A stretch of 64,000 bases of DNA from Planctomycetota bacterium. Lineage in GTDB: Bacteria > Planctomycetota > Planctomycetia > Pirellulales > UBA7805. The stretch's first letter is position 1. Each line of letters begins with the position of its first letter. The stretch is taken from positions 12,026 through 76,025 of the forward strand of contig JAIOPX010000077.1 of the NCBI GenBank assembly GCA_021413705.1, read 5' to 3'. The notes under the pieces were generated by a model. That model was not told where the DNA came from, ran no database searches, and saw only the letters and a program-made list of their open reading frames with translations. Made by a program: the position numbers and the translations under genes. Positions 17,303 to 27,685 of this stretch are shown here, piece after piece.

Positions 17303-18406
17303 ATGGAAGAGTTCGGATCAAGCGAAGCGGGCAAGAAGGGTGGCGATGCTCGGTCCAAGAAGTTGTCCAAAGAACAACGGAGCGAAATCGCACGACTCGG
17401 AGCTCAAGCTCGGTGGGGAAGTGCGTCGATCACCGCTAACCCGTTGTCAGTAAATAAGTTGCCTGCCCAAACAGCCCGTTCGGCGATCACCGACAATGCC
17501 CAGCGCTCGCTATTCGTGGACAAGGAAAAGGAAATCGATGGCGTCGGAATGGGCGTGCTATCGGACGGTACGGCATTTCTGACGGGTCGCGGCCTCGCGC
17601 GGCTGTGTGACATATCAAATGCCCGCATTGTTGAGATGGGGCAGAATTGGGATGTGGCATCCAAGAATGCGATGGCTGAGGGCGTGAAGAGTATTCTTCG
17701 GGAAAAGGGCTTGATGCCAGAAGTTCCGTACATCGAAGTAACTCAGCGCAGCGGCGTCTTCTATGCGTATTCCGATGTGGTGTGCTTGGCCGTCTTGGAA
17801 TACTACGCCTTCGACCAACCTACGGAGCACGCGAAAAAGAACTTCAGACTGCTTGCCGGAAAGGCGCTTCATGATTTTATCTATGCGCAAGTCGGCTACG
17901 ATCCCACTAACCACGTCCCGGAGCAGTGGCGTCAATTCCATGACCGCGTATCGCTAACCTACAACTCCGTGCCCGCCGGATACTTTTCAGTGTTCAAGGA
18001 AATTGCAGATATGATCGTTCACCTTGGACAGATCGGCCTCACCATAGACAGCAGTTTCGTCCCGGATATTTCAGTTGGCATTCACTGGAGTAAGTATTGG
18101 GGCGAACAGGAACTTGCTCAGAAATATGGTGAACGAATTAAGTTTGAGCACAACTACCCAAGCTACTTTCCGCAATCAAAATCCAATCCGCAACTTCCGT
18201 GGTGCTATCCAGAAATGTCGCTCGGCGAGTTTAAGCGATGGATTCGCCAAACGTATATCAAAGAGGGTAAATTCAAGAAGTACCTGGAAAGCCAAGTAGA
18301 CAAAAAGGCCCTTCCGCCATCGTTTGCCCAGATTGCTGTTGCGGCATACGACGGATCAAACAGCCTCAAACAACTGCCCGCCCCGACTCCCAGCCTGCCT
18401 CAATAG
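17303..18406 (+). CDS. P63C-like domain protein (prophage-associated family)
   Basis: The N-terminal KKGGDARSKKLSKEQRSEIARLGAQARW motif is followed by a ...GVGMGVLSDGTAFLTGRGLARL block, the pattern I associate with P63C-domain proteins. Visibly more A/T-rich than its flanks. Confidence 0.5.
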   Translation: MEEFGSSEAGKKGGDARSKKLSKEQRSEIARLGAQARWGSASITANPLSVNKLPAQTARSAITDNAQRSLFVDKEKEIDGVGMGVLSDGTAFLTGRGLARLCDISNARIVEMGQNWDVASKNAMAEGVKSILREKGLMPEVPYIEVTQRSGVFYAYSDVVCLAVLEYYAFDQPTEHAKKNFRLLAGKALHDFIYAQVGYDPTNHVPEQWRQFHDRVSLTYNSVPAGYFSVFKEIADMIVHLGQIGLTIDSSFVPDISVGIHWSKYWGEQELAQKYGERIKFEHNYPSYFPQSKSNPQLPWCYPEMSLGEFKRWIRQTYIKEGKFKKYLESQVDKKALPPSFAQIAVAAYDGSNSLKQLPAPTPSLPQ

Positions 18407-18521
18407 CAGCCTTGAGCAACGTCATGCCGCGATCATCGACGTTCTGAATGTGGCTGGACCATTCGGCCCAGCCTCATTCGCAGCGACGGACAGGGCAGCA
18501 ACCGCCTGCTAGAATCGGGGT

Positions 18522-18791
18522 ATGGAAAAACCCCGCTCCCAGTTCACGATCCGTGACATTCTGTGGGCCACGTTTTGGGCGTCATTAACTGCACTGGCCT
18601 GGGCCGGTTTCGTCAGCATGTGTGCCCGCGGGCAGGCGGATACGCGGGCGGATATGTTATCGATGGTGTTTTCGGTTGCTGGTCCGTGCGTGACTATTGG
18701 CGCACTCTTTCGGCGGACTTGGATTGGAATTGGGGTGGGCCTCTTGATGGTCGTGCTGGCGATTCCAGTCGCCATGGTTTTGGGGTGCTAG
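18522..18791 (+). CDS. small membrane protein
   Basis: 89 aa with two hydrophobic helices (ILWATFWASLTALAWAGFV; IGIGVGLLMVVLAIPVAMVLG). Confidence 0.4.
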   Translation: MEKPRSQFTIRDILWATFWASLTALAWAGFVSMCARGQADTRADMLSMVFSVAGPCVTIGALFRRTWIGIGVGLLMVVLAIPVAMVLGC

Positions 18792-19081
18792 CCGAAGGGC
18801 TTCTTGTCTCATCAAGTCGGGGCAACAGGACACGGTTAGAACTTTTTCGGCCAGCTAGCGTGGTGTCTGCCGGTCGTCTGGGTAGTGCGTCAGCCTTATT
18901 CAAGGCGGCCATTATTCCACGGAATTGCTGTGCTAGCGGCCAAGATTTGGGAAAGGGCACAGCTCTGGGCCGGCTCCGCAAGGCGGCGAAATCGTTGCTC
19001 GCTGTGCTCGTCGCCCGGTACCCGGCATGTCTCTCGCTGCTGAATTGGCCGCGGCGAAGGCCGGTATTCTTCTGTAAGAAG

Positions 19082-19771
19082 TTAGTGACATCCGCACCGC
19101 TTGGGTATATCTTCGAGCCAATACCATCGATCGGCGACGAAACTGAGTTGGAATACGCCAGGAGATATTTCTCGGCGGCGAGTGGCCCACGTTTCAACTA
19201 TTAGACGCCTGCCGCCAATATCCATTTCCACACTTTGATTATTGGCAGCCGCTACGGCCAGGTTGGTGATCTTCTCAAGGACGATTTGGCGTTGCCTATC
19301 GATTTGCGTTTCGTACACCCATTGACCGCCTCCTGGCCCTGGTACATGACGGGCCACTTTCCGATCCACTATTTTTTCGACTTCGGCCCGGCGCCAGAAG
19401 CCGCGCAGGTCTCCACCAATTGTGGAAATCGGGGGGCGGCCTATTGCAATCGGATATTGTGGATTCCAACGGGCCGAGGTTCTTTGGATTTCCACGGTTC
19501 CTGTGAGTTGACGCGAGCGATCCTTACTCTCCCATGAAGCAGTGACAACCAAAAACTCGTTAGCGGGCAGGTCTCCTGCGTCATAAATCCCTTGGAGGCC
19601 GGCTTTTCCACCGTTTATTCGACCTCCTCCATCCTCCGGTCGATGAGACACCGTGACATCAGCTTCGACCAGCTCGATGTTATTTAAGTCGGTGATTTGA
19701 AACTTGGTGGCGAAAGCGCGGGGGCACGCTATCAATAGCAACAAGATGGCTACACAGGCTCGAAAAGTCAT
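19082..19771 (-). CDS. secreted hypothetical protein
   Basis: Signal peptide MTFRACVAILLLLIACPRAFA. No recognised domain. Confidence 0.5.
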   Translation of the reverse strand: MTFRACVAILLLLIACPRAFATKFQITDLNNIELVEADVTVSHRPEDGGGRINGGKAGLQGIYDAGDLPANEFLVVTASWESKDRSRQLTGTVEIQRTSARWNPQYPIAIGRPPISTIGGDLRGFWRRAEVEKIVDRKVARHVPGPGGGQWVYETQIDRQRQIVLEKITNLAVAAANNQSVEMDIGGRRLIVETWATRRREISPGVFQLSFVADRWYWLEDIPKRCGCH

Positions 19772-19780
19772 TGAAGTATC

Positions 19781-20536
19781 TCACGGTTGGAGCGCCGAAA
19801 TATCGATCCGCCCATCCGTGGCCTCAATCCTCTTCAACACAACACTCGCATTTGGCTGCGGCAGGTCAACGTGATAGCGAAGCCGCAAATAAATCATCCT
19901 TTTGTCGCCCACCTTGGGCCAGCTTATCCACTGCGTCGATCGATTGGACTTCGATTCATGAATTGACGGTGGCGGAAGGTCGGCTTTTCCTGAATTGACT
20001 TTCGAAACGCCGCTGGCATCCGCCAATGTCATCTGATTGGCCAGAATCGGTGGAAGTTGAACTTTAATCCACAAAGGGTCTGGGATCTGCCCACGGACGA
20101 AAAGATTTCGTGAAATCGGCACGAACAAGTCCACACCAGGATCTTTTTTCTTGATGGTCAAATCCTTGTAGGTGGAATCATTTTCGAATTCGTATGGGTG
20201 AGCCTCTCCCACTGGTAATCTGGCCGGCTCCACAGCTTGACCTGGAATCGCCTCAAAGAAAAAGGCAATAACCACTGCAATCAGCACCCCCAGATAGATT
20301 CGAAAAGATAGGATTGCCGACCGCCGAGTAACAGCATGGAATGAGGGAGTGTTAAACCTTAACATCCAGAAAAGAGAGGGAAGGGTGATCAATGCACACG
20401 CTGCCAGGATGTTCCATCGAAACGACTTTTCCTGCACGTAGGCTATCAGCGCAACGATTGTGGCCAGCAATATCGTTTGCAGCCCGATCAGTTCTTGTTC
20501 TGCGCGCGGCAATTCTGGAGGCGTTTCAGCATTCAT
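19781..20536 (-). CDS. membrane protein, hypothetical
   Basis: ORF 19781..20650. An internal start MNAETPPEL at 20536 avoids a zero-length divergent spacer with the next gene. Several TM helices. Confidence 0.45.
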   Translation of the reverse strand: MNAETPPELPRAEQELIGLQTILLATIVALIAYVQEKSFRWNILAACALITLPSLFWMLRFNTPSFHAVTRRSAILSFRIYLGVLIAVVIAFFFEAIPGQAVEPARLPVGEAHPYEFENDSTYKDLTIKKKDPGVDLFVPISRNLFVRGQIPDPLWIKVQLPPILANQMTLADASGVSKVNSGKADLPPPSIHESKSNRSTQWISWPKVGDKRMIYLRLRYHVDLPQPNASVVLKRIEATDGRIDISALQP

Positions 20537-20650
20537 GAGAGTAGGATAGTCCACCGGCCATGCTGTCGCAACGCGAGCTGAAAAGGGCGTGTCTGGCAAC
20601 AGATTTGAGACGCCTGTATACTGCTCCAAACCACCTCCGGAGCGTGACAA

Positions 20651-21568
20651 ATGGGGCAGAAGACAGCAGCGCTTGAATTGTTCGAAGAAATCATGGCCAG
20701 TCCGCTGGACGTCTTGTCGCGGATGGTGGCCACCAATCAGGCTGAGACGGAGTATCTGGAGTTTAAGGGGGGGGGCATTGCCAAGGCCATCGATCAGGCC
20801 AAAGGCCCTTTCAGCGAAGTCCTCTCAGCCTTCGCAAATACGTCGGGCGGAGTATTGGTATTCGGGATCGATGCCCGGCGGGATCCGAAAACCATAATCG
20901 ACGGCGCCAGCGCTCAGATCCTCGTTGCGAACGCGCTGGAGTTTCGCGAGCAGCTTTGGGCCCGCAGGCTGCAAGCGACGAGCGATCATATCGTCGGCCT
21001 TCGAGTGGAAGCCATTCGATCGCAGGGGGACGAAGGGTTTGTCGTCTGCTATGTACCCGAGGGACAGAACAAACCCTATCGAGCGGAGTTTGCCGAATCC
21101 AAGTATTTTCTTAGGATCGGTGATTCGAACGCCATCATGCCGCACGCAATACTGCGGACAATGTTCTACCCACAGGCCGTGGTGGCCTTTGATTGCCGGC
21201 TTTGGTATCGAAATCCCTCCGGTGGCGAACACCACTATGGAATCACTCTCACGAACACCGGCACGGCGAGCGCGGAGGATCTCTATATCAAACTGACGGT
21301 AACATCTCCAGACGTCCGATTCGACACCGAGCCGCCCTTGGTGCTGGGGGACAACTCATTGACAGCGGAGAGAAGCATTCACCCAGGTGAGCAACTGGTG
21401 CTGATTGGTGCGACTGGATCGACACTTAGCAGCCGTTGCCGGATAGAGTTTTTAATCTTCTGCAAAAATGCAGCCCCTCGCCGCTATCGATTGATCATTT
21501 ATTACTTTAGAGTTATTCAACACACAGAAGAATTGGACTTTGATGAGATTCCAGTCGATGCGGAGTAG
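20651..21568 (+). CDS. Schlafen/AlbA_2-like DNA-binding domain protein
   Basis: ETEYLEFKGGG and LSAFANTSGGVLVFGID match the hallmark E..lEFK / aNt.GG.l.iGv blocks of the AlbA_2 domain. The C-terminal half is unknown. Confidence 0.55.
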   Translation: MGQKTAALELFEEIMASPLDVLSRMVATNQAETEYLEFKGGGIAKAIDQAKGPFSEVLSAFANTSGGVLVFGIDARRDPKTIIDGASAQILVANALEFREQLWARRLQATSDHIVGLRVEAIRSQGDEGFVVCYVPEGQNKPYRAEFAESKYFLRIGDSNAIMPHAILRTMFYPQAVVAFDCRLWYRNPSGGEHHYGITLTNTGTASAEDLYIKLTVTSPDVRFDTEPPLVLGDNSLTAERSIHPGEQLVLIGATGSTLSSRCRIEFLIFCKNAAPRRYRLIIYYFRVIQHTEELDFDEIPVDAE

Positions 21569-21600
21569 TCTGATCGGCTTGCGATCGCAGTTGCTTCGTA

Positions 21601-22182
21601 ATGCCCGGCGGACAACACGAGGGGCAACCACTAACTCGACCAGAGTGCTACGTCTTGGAGGCAATCGTGACCGATCGCACAAAGTTGGCGTTCGATTTTT
21701 TCAAACACCTTTCCACCTTGAGTACGGCCTGCATTCTGGTGGTGGCGGCGCTCGTCGAGAAAGTCTGCAACCAACCGATCAACCAAAAGGATCTGTTGCA
21801 CGTGACTATTGCGTTCGGTATCGCCCTGACGGCCTCGTTGGTGGTGATGATCTGCCTGATGATGATCCCCGACAAATGGCAGGAGAACAACAAATTACAC
21901 GATATGCTAGCGGCCTTACTATTTATGGCCACGGCCCTTTCCGTAGTGAGCTTTCTGGTGGGACTCGATGGCGCCAGCAACCTCCTCTCTGCCCAGGGGG
22001 TGCAGAAACAAGCGGATCCTCCTCCCCCTGTGCCGACGCCCGTGGACACGCCACCGCCAGATCCACCGAACCTACCTAATCTGGAACCGGGAGGAGAGAC
22101 GAGTCCCTCGGGAGAGTCGAGCCCAACCCAGGCCCCCGATCGCGGCCGCCGACCGAGAGGCCGAGGTGCTGATGAACGATAG
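21601..22182 (+). CDS. membrane protein, paralog A
   Basis: DRTKLAFDFFKHLSTLSTACILVVAALVEKV followed by TM helices and a P-rich tail. Confidence 0.45.
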   Translation: MPGGQHEGQPLTRPECYVLEAIVTDRTKLAFDFFKHLSTLSTACILVVAALVEKVCNQPINQKDLLHVTIAFGIALTASLVVMICLMMIPDKWQENNKLHDMLAALLFMATALSVVSFLVGLDGASNLLSAQGVQKQADPPPPVPTPVDTPPPDPPNLPNLEPGGETSPSGESSPTQAPDRGRRPRGRGADER

Positions 22183-22543
22183 CGATCGACTGAAATTGGC
22201 GTTCGAGTTTTTCAAACACTTGTCGCTATTGAACACGGCAAGTATCGGCCTGATGGCGAGCTTGGCCGAGCGCGTCCTGACAAAAGTTCACCCCGACGAT
22301 TTGGCCGTCGTGTTCATTTGGTTCGGGTTGTCCCTCGTTGGCTCTCTATTTTCCATGGCAGTCATGGTACTGCCGCACGGTACAACGCCGGAACCCGCAC
22401 CGACCAACCCATGGAAGAAGCCGATCACGTATTTTCAACTCGCGATGCTGTTTTTGGCAGGAGCGACGTTCAGCCTGGGCATATTGACTGGAGCCTATGT
22501 CGTGATGGGAAATAGTCTACGGATTCGAGGATTGATCCCCTGA
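22172..22543 (+). CDS. membrane protein, paralog B
   Basis: ATG at 22172 (MNDSDRLKLAFEFFKHLSLLNTASIGLMASLAERV), paralogous to the previous gene and overlapping its end by 11 nt. Confidence 0.45.
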   Translation: MNDSDRLKLAFEFFKHLSLLNTASIGLMASLAERVLTKVHPDDLAVVFIWFGLSLVGSLFSMAVMVLPHGTTPEPAPTNPWKKPITYFQLAMLFLAGATFSLGILTGAYVVMGNSLRIRGLIP

Positions 22544-22561
22544 CCCCGGCACGGCGGAGCC

Positions 22562-22888
22562 CTAGACCAGCTTCCGACGGACAGCCCAGACGGCCGCCTG
22601 GGTTCGGTCGGCCACGCCGAGTTTACGCAAGACGTTTTGCACGTGCTCCTTCACTGTATCCATCCTAATCTTCAGCGCGAGGGCGATCTCCTTGTTGGAC
22701 AGGCCCATCGCAATATGCCGCAGCACCTGGCTCTCGCGGTTAGTCAGCGATACGTCTTCGTCGGCTACAGGACGTTTTGCCATGTCGGCCGCGACCCGAC
22801 GCAACTCGCTTCGGTGTGAGGGAATCTCATTGGCAGCCGCCGCCCGAATGGCCCCAATCAACTCTTTACGGCCCGTCACTTTGAGCAC
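22562..22888 (-). CDS. LuxR-type HTH protein, probably the remnant of a response regulator lacking its receiver domain
   Basis: LTNRESQVLRHIAMGLSNKEIALALKIRMDTVKEHVQNVLRKLGV is a LuxR/GerE HTH. Only about 40 aa precede it. Confidence 0.7.
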   Translation of the reverse strand: MLKVTGRKELIGAIRAAAANEIPSHRSELRRVAADMAKRPVADEDVSLTNRESQVLRHIAMGLSNKEIALALKIRMDTVKEHVQNVLRKLGVADRTQAAVWAVRRKLV

Positions 22889-22901
22889 GTAATTCTACCC
22901 C

Positions 22902-23288
22902 TCACGTTCGAGGGCCGGAATCAGCGTCGAGTTGATCCCCCGGCGGTAACAGAATCATGGCCTGCGTCGTCGCCTCGTTCTTCTCTGTGATGCGGGCACG
23001 CCCGAGGTCTACAGCAACGAGGGCATCTCCCTTGATCAACCAGGCCCCGCGACAGCCTTGGCCCTCGCCAATGAGCACGTCCACGATGTAAACCCGCGTG
23101 GTGACTAGGTGCGCCAGGCGTTCCAGGCGCTCGACGGTCGGCCCCTGCGAATGGACGACGGTCGGGACAGGCGTGGCATTGGGAAGGGGGCGAGGCAGAA
23201 TAAAGATCGCGGAAATGGCGGCGATCACCAAAATCACCAGCAGAGCAATTGCAGCTCGCATAACAGTTGGTTCTCCAAATCGAATCAC
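22902..23288 (-). CDS. membrane-anchored hypothetical protein
   Basis: N-terminal TM helix AAIALLVILVIAAISAIFIL. No confident family call. Confidence 0.35.
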   Translation of the reverse strand: MIRFGEPTVMRAAIALLVILVIAAISAIFILPRPLPNATPVPTVVHSQGPTVERLERLAHLVTTRVYIVDVLIGEGQGCRGAWLIKGDALVAVDLGRARITEKNEATTQAMILLPPGDQLDADSGPRT

Positions 23289-23691
23289 TTCTGGCCGGTG
23301 CCGGCGGCTTTGTCGGCGGGCCGTACCGAGGTTTTGTCTTCATAGCCCGTGAGCTGGCCTTTCCAGCGAATGACGTGGGGCTGCTCTGGGACGGACGGGT
23401 TTTTCGAGGAGCAGCCCACGCAGGCTGCCAAACACGATCCCAGCTTGAGTAACAATTCCACCGCCCGTGACAAAGAACATTTCATTTTCAACACTCCAGA
23501 AACAAGCAGACCGCCCTGCCCACGTGGCATGAGCAGGGCGGCCTTTGAGGTAAACAGGACCAAGTCCGGACACCGGCCACGTCACCGGGGGCCATGGTCC
23601 AGTAGTGGCACTTGCAGTGACAGAGCTGCCTGGTGATAATTGCCAATGTCGGGGACGGTTCGCCGTTCCTGGCCCGCCCTTCACTGGTACT

Positions 23692-23718
23692 GCCCCACCT
23701 GTGAGGGGCTCTTTTTTT
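23692..23718 (+). terminator. hairpin plus T7 tract
   Basis: GCCCCAC..GTGAGGGGC stem followed by CTTTTTTT (T run 23712..23718). No convincing plus-strand CDS lies upstream. Confidence 0.4.
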
Positions 23719-23989
23719 GCGCCGCTGTCGGATTGAATGAACAGCGAGCAATGAGCGTATCGGCGTGAGGTACCGAAGCACCTTGCAACCAGTGGGCTGC
23801 GCGCTCAGGACACGCCCACCTTACGCACTTCAGCCACTGTCCAATTCGCATCCGAGTGAGGCACGTGTGAAGCCACCGGAGCGTCGTGTCATGTGCGATC
23901 CAGGTTGCTGAATCTGAGAAAAGCATGGCCGCAGAACTGCCAGTTTGCCGACCCGCTATCGGGGGCCCCACGTTCCCAGGAACCCCGGC

Positions 23990-24380
<391 letters not shown>

Positions 24381-24896
24381 CGGAAGAGGTCGCCTTTGTT
24401 CTGATATTATCCACCCGATGCCGCAGAGTCCCAGAAAGACCAACTCGGCTCCAATCACCACGGCGACATGCTTTAGATTTGTCCTCTTCGTGAAATAATT
24501 GTGCGTAGAAGCACCCGTAAAAGTGAAAAGAATCAACGCCACACACAAATAGAACGGATTGTGCAATTCGATTCCTGTGAAACGGTCCTGACAGTTTATG
24601 GAAAAGGAAAATACCCCTAGCCCGCATCCGATTGGATACACGATGAGCCAACAGAACTTTAGATGTGCAAGCCCTCATTCTACCGAAGTTATGCGGAAGC
24701 CGGTAGAATCAAGCCAGTAGCCTCGCCATGCCAAAGAATCAGCGCAATTCGCCTCGCAAACCAGCGACGAAGTTCGCCCATCTTCGCAAGAAGATGCAGC
24801 AGCGGAAGATCGAGGCTGGTCTGGTCAGAAATGGAGCAAATGACTACAGGTTCGCCCCCGCCATCACCGTTTCAAAGCGATTCAAGGAGAAACCCA

Positions 24897-25088
24897 ATGA
24901 CATGTGTTCACTTACAGGAACTCTACCACCTGTGCCAGCAAAACGATTTGAAGCTGTCGAGTTCAGACCTCATTCACATCGTTTGCAAGCAATGCAACAA
25001 AGAGGAAGTGTGTCCGTCCACGTTGGCAGCAGAATACGATTCAAAACATGTCGCAGTCCATGAAGAACCCTCGGACGATGCAGGCTAG
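24897..25088 (+). CDS. small Cys-rich protein
   Basis: ATG at 24897 lies 7 nt after AGGAG. 63 aa: MTCVHLQELYHLCQQ...CKQCNKEEVC. Confidence 0.45.
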   Translation: MTCVHLQELYHLCQQNDLKLSSSDLIHIVCKQCNKEEVCPSTLAAEYDSKHVAVHEEPSDDAG

Positions 25089-25091
25089 TCC

Positions 25092-25406
25092 ATGACGAAC
25101 TACACGCACATCCTCGACCTGGCCAATGAAGCCGATCCGCCTGCGGATGGCATTTTAAGCCGAACGATATTCCAAGATGATCGGGTCAAGGCGGTCATCT
25201 TTGGCTTCGGCCAAGGCCAAGAGCTTTCGGAGCACACCGCCTCGAAACCGGCCATGCTGCACTTCGTCAAAGGCGAGGCTGCCGTGGGCCTCGGTGACGA
25301 CACAAAGGAAGCCCAGGCAGGAACCTGGGTCCACATGCCAGCGGGCCTCAAGCACTCGATCAAGGCGAAGACGCCGGTGGTCATGCTGCTGGTGTTACTG
25401 AAGTGA
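25092..25406 (+). CDS. cupin domain protein
   Basis: GQELSEHTASKPAMLHFVKGEA...WVHMPAGLKHSIKA is the two-motif cupin pattern. Confidence 0.7.
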   Translation: MTNYTHILDLANEADPPADGILSRTIFQDDRVKAVIFGFGQGQELSEHTASKPAMLHFVKGEAAVGLGDDTKEAQAGTWVHMPAGLKHSIKAKTPVVMLLVLLK

Positions 25407-27621
25407 CCTTCTTGAAAGAGTGTCCGGTCTTGAGCCCGGCGACGAACAGTACCAACGCCACGGCTCCTAGAAAGAAGATAGTATCGCCAGGAATTCGCAT
25501 CCAGCGCAGGTTTTGCATCAGCGGTGTTTGCATAAACTCGCTGCTACGTGCGTACCAGTAACCGTGCTCGACGGATGCCCAGGTTTGCATCAGTCCTACA
25601 GGCAGGAGGCTGAGGACGCACATCGCCATGAGTCCTCCGTTGAGCGCCCAAAACGAGAATCGCAGCAGACCATCCTTCCATTCTCGACCAGGGACCAGGA
25701 CTCGCAAACAGATCAGCATCAAGCCGATCCCCAGCATTCCATAGACGCCGAACAACGCAGCGTGACCATGCAAAGGCGTCGTGTTGAGGCCCTGCATGTA
25801 ATAGAGAGCAATCGGCGGGTTAATCATGAACCCAAACAGTCCGGCCCCGACCATATTCCAGAATGCCACGGACACGAAAAAGTAGATCGGCCACTTGTAG
25901 CGTTGCACCCACGGTGAAGTTCTCGACCGACGCAAGTCGTCCATCGCATCGAACCCGACGAGAACCAAAGGGACCACTTCCAAGGCACTGAAGACCGCTC
26001 CCCAGGCTAAGGCGACGGGTGGCGTGCCGGAAAAGTACAGATGATGGCACGTCCCGATGATGCCGCCCGCCAGGAAGATCGTGGCGGATAGCAAAGCCGC
26101 CGCAGCAGCGATCCCCGGTCGAATCAGATTCAACCGCATAAAGATGAAGGCGATGACCGTTGTGGCAAAGACCTCGAAGAAGCCCTCGACCCACAGATGA
26201 ACGACCCACCATCGCCAGTATTCAACTATCGACAAGTGCGTATGTTGTCCCCAGGTCAGCCCCGCCCCGTAGAAGAGGGCGATGGCACCCGTGGAGACGG
26301 CCAGCAATGCCACTAGCTGTTTCTGTTCCCCTTCTTTTCGCAGGGCCGGTCGCAAAACTCGAATCATCAAAAACAGCCAGAGCAGCAGGCCGACGAACAG
26401 TGCAATCTGCCACGCTCGCCCTAGGTCCACATACTCATAGCCCTGATGGCCGAAGTAGAAAGACACCGCATCCGTCATCTTGTTCTGAATGCTCAACCAT
26501 TCGCCGGTCAAGGAACCGACCACAACGAGCAGCAGAGCCAGAAACAGCACGTTGACGCCCAGGCGTTGTCCTTTCGGTTCCTTCTCGCTCACCAACGGGC
26601 CGATGAACAATCCGGCTGCCAACCATGCCGTGGCGATCCAGAAGAGGCCCAACTGAATGTGCCACGTCCGAGTTACGCTGTAGGGCAACCACTTCGAGAG
26701 GGGAAATCCATAGAAGGCGTCACCTTCAACGCCGTAGTGCGCTGTTATGACGCCCAAGAGCATCTGCAAGAGAATCAAAGCTGAAACAACCCAGAAGTAT
26801 TTGACCGTCGCTTTCTGGGAAGGAGTGGCTTGCCAACTGCCGAGGGGATCGGTTTCCGGCGCAACCCGCACTTCCTCGGCCTCTCGGCGAGACGCATACC
26901 ACCACCCCATCGCCGAGATTCCGGCCAGCAGCATGATAATGCTCACGCCCGTCCAGACGACCGCTTCGCCGGTAGCTCGATTAGCGACCAGCGGTTCGTA
27001 AGGCCAGTTGTTTGTGTAGCTGATGTGATCGTTGGGTCGATTGGTGGATGCCGCCCAAGCGGTCCAGAAATAGAAAGCTGAAAGCTGTCGCAAGCGGGCT
27101 GGATCAGTCACGGCTCCCGCAGGGATTGCGTACTCGGTTTTTCCATTCGAGAACACATCCGAATAGTGGGCCAAGTTCGACTCGAACGCATCGGCACGAA
27201 CGGGGGCGACCGTGACCGTCTGCGTTGTCGAATCGTAGGTATTGGTCCGCATGAGCGTTGCTAGGCGACCGCTCAGTTGTGCCTGTTGTTCCCCATTCAG
27301 CGCCTCATAGCGTTTGCCGAAATCGCTCGTCGCCCAGCGGTCGAGTATGAAAATGGCTTCTCGATGCAGCCAATCAGCGGTCCAGTCGGGTGCGACGTAG
27401 CTGCCGTGCCCCCATACCGAGCCGACTTCCATGCCGCCGAGCGTCTGCCAGACGTTCTGCCCTGCTTGAATCTCACCTGCGTCGATGACCACCTTGCCAT
27501 CGGTCGTGACCACCTTGTTCACAAGCGGTGGGGCTTCCTGGTAAATCCGAGTACCGATCCAACCGAGAATGGCAAAGGAGACGAGTAAAACGAGAGCGAA
27601 AGCAATCCATAGTTTCTTCAT
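25381..27621 (-). CDS. norZ: quinol-dependent nitric oxide reductase (qNOR)
   Basis: About 746 aa. The N-terminal extension with GQNVWQTLGGMEVGSVWGHGSYVAPDWTADWLH is followed by a 12-TM haem-copper-oxidase-like core. Start is MKKLWIA at 27621; an alternative is at 27642. Confidence 0.88.
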   Translation of the reverse strand: MKKLWIAFALVLLVSFAILGWIGTRIYQEAPPLVNKVVTTDGKVVIDAGEIQAGQNVWQTLGGMEVGSVWGHGSYVAPDWTADWLHREAIFILDRWATSDFGKRYEALNGEQQAQLSGRLATLMRTNTYDSTTQTVTVAPVRADAFESNLAHYSDVFSNGKTEYAIPAGAVTDPARLRQLSAFYFWTAWAASTNRPNDHISYTNNWPYEPLVANRATGEAVVWTGVSIIMLLAGISAMGWWYASRREAEEVRVAPETDPLGSWQATPSQKATVKYFWVVSALILLQMLLGVITAHYGVEGDAFYGFPLSKWLPYSVTRTWHIQLGLFWIATAWLAAGLFIGPLVSEKEPKGQRLGVNVLFLALLLVVVGSLTGEWLSIQNKMTDAVSFYFGHQGYEYVDLGRAWQIALFVGLLLWLFLMIRVLRPALRKEGEQKQLVALLAVSTGAIALFYGAGLTWGQHTHLSIVEYWRWWVVHLWVEGFFEVFATTVIAFIFMRLNLIRPGIAAAAALLSATIFLAGGIIGTCHHLYFSGTPPVALAWGAVFSALEVVPLVLVGFDAMDDLRRSRTSPWVQRYKWPIYFFVSVAFWNMVGAGLFGFMINPPIALYYMQGLNTTPLHGHAALFGVYGMLGIGLMLICLRVLVPGREWKDGLLRFSFWALNGGLMAMCVLSLLPVGLMQTWASVEHGYWYARSSEFMQTPLMQNLRWMRIPGDTIFFLGAVALVLFVAGLKTGHSFKKVTSVTPAA

Positions 27622-27685
27622 CAGACATTTCCCTTCGGCCAATCAGAATGCTGTGTCAGAGGAGCGAACAAGTTTAGCGACACCG

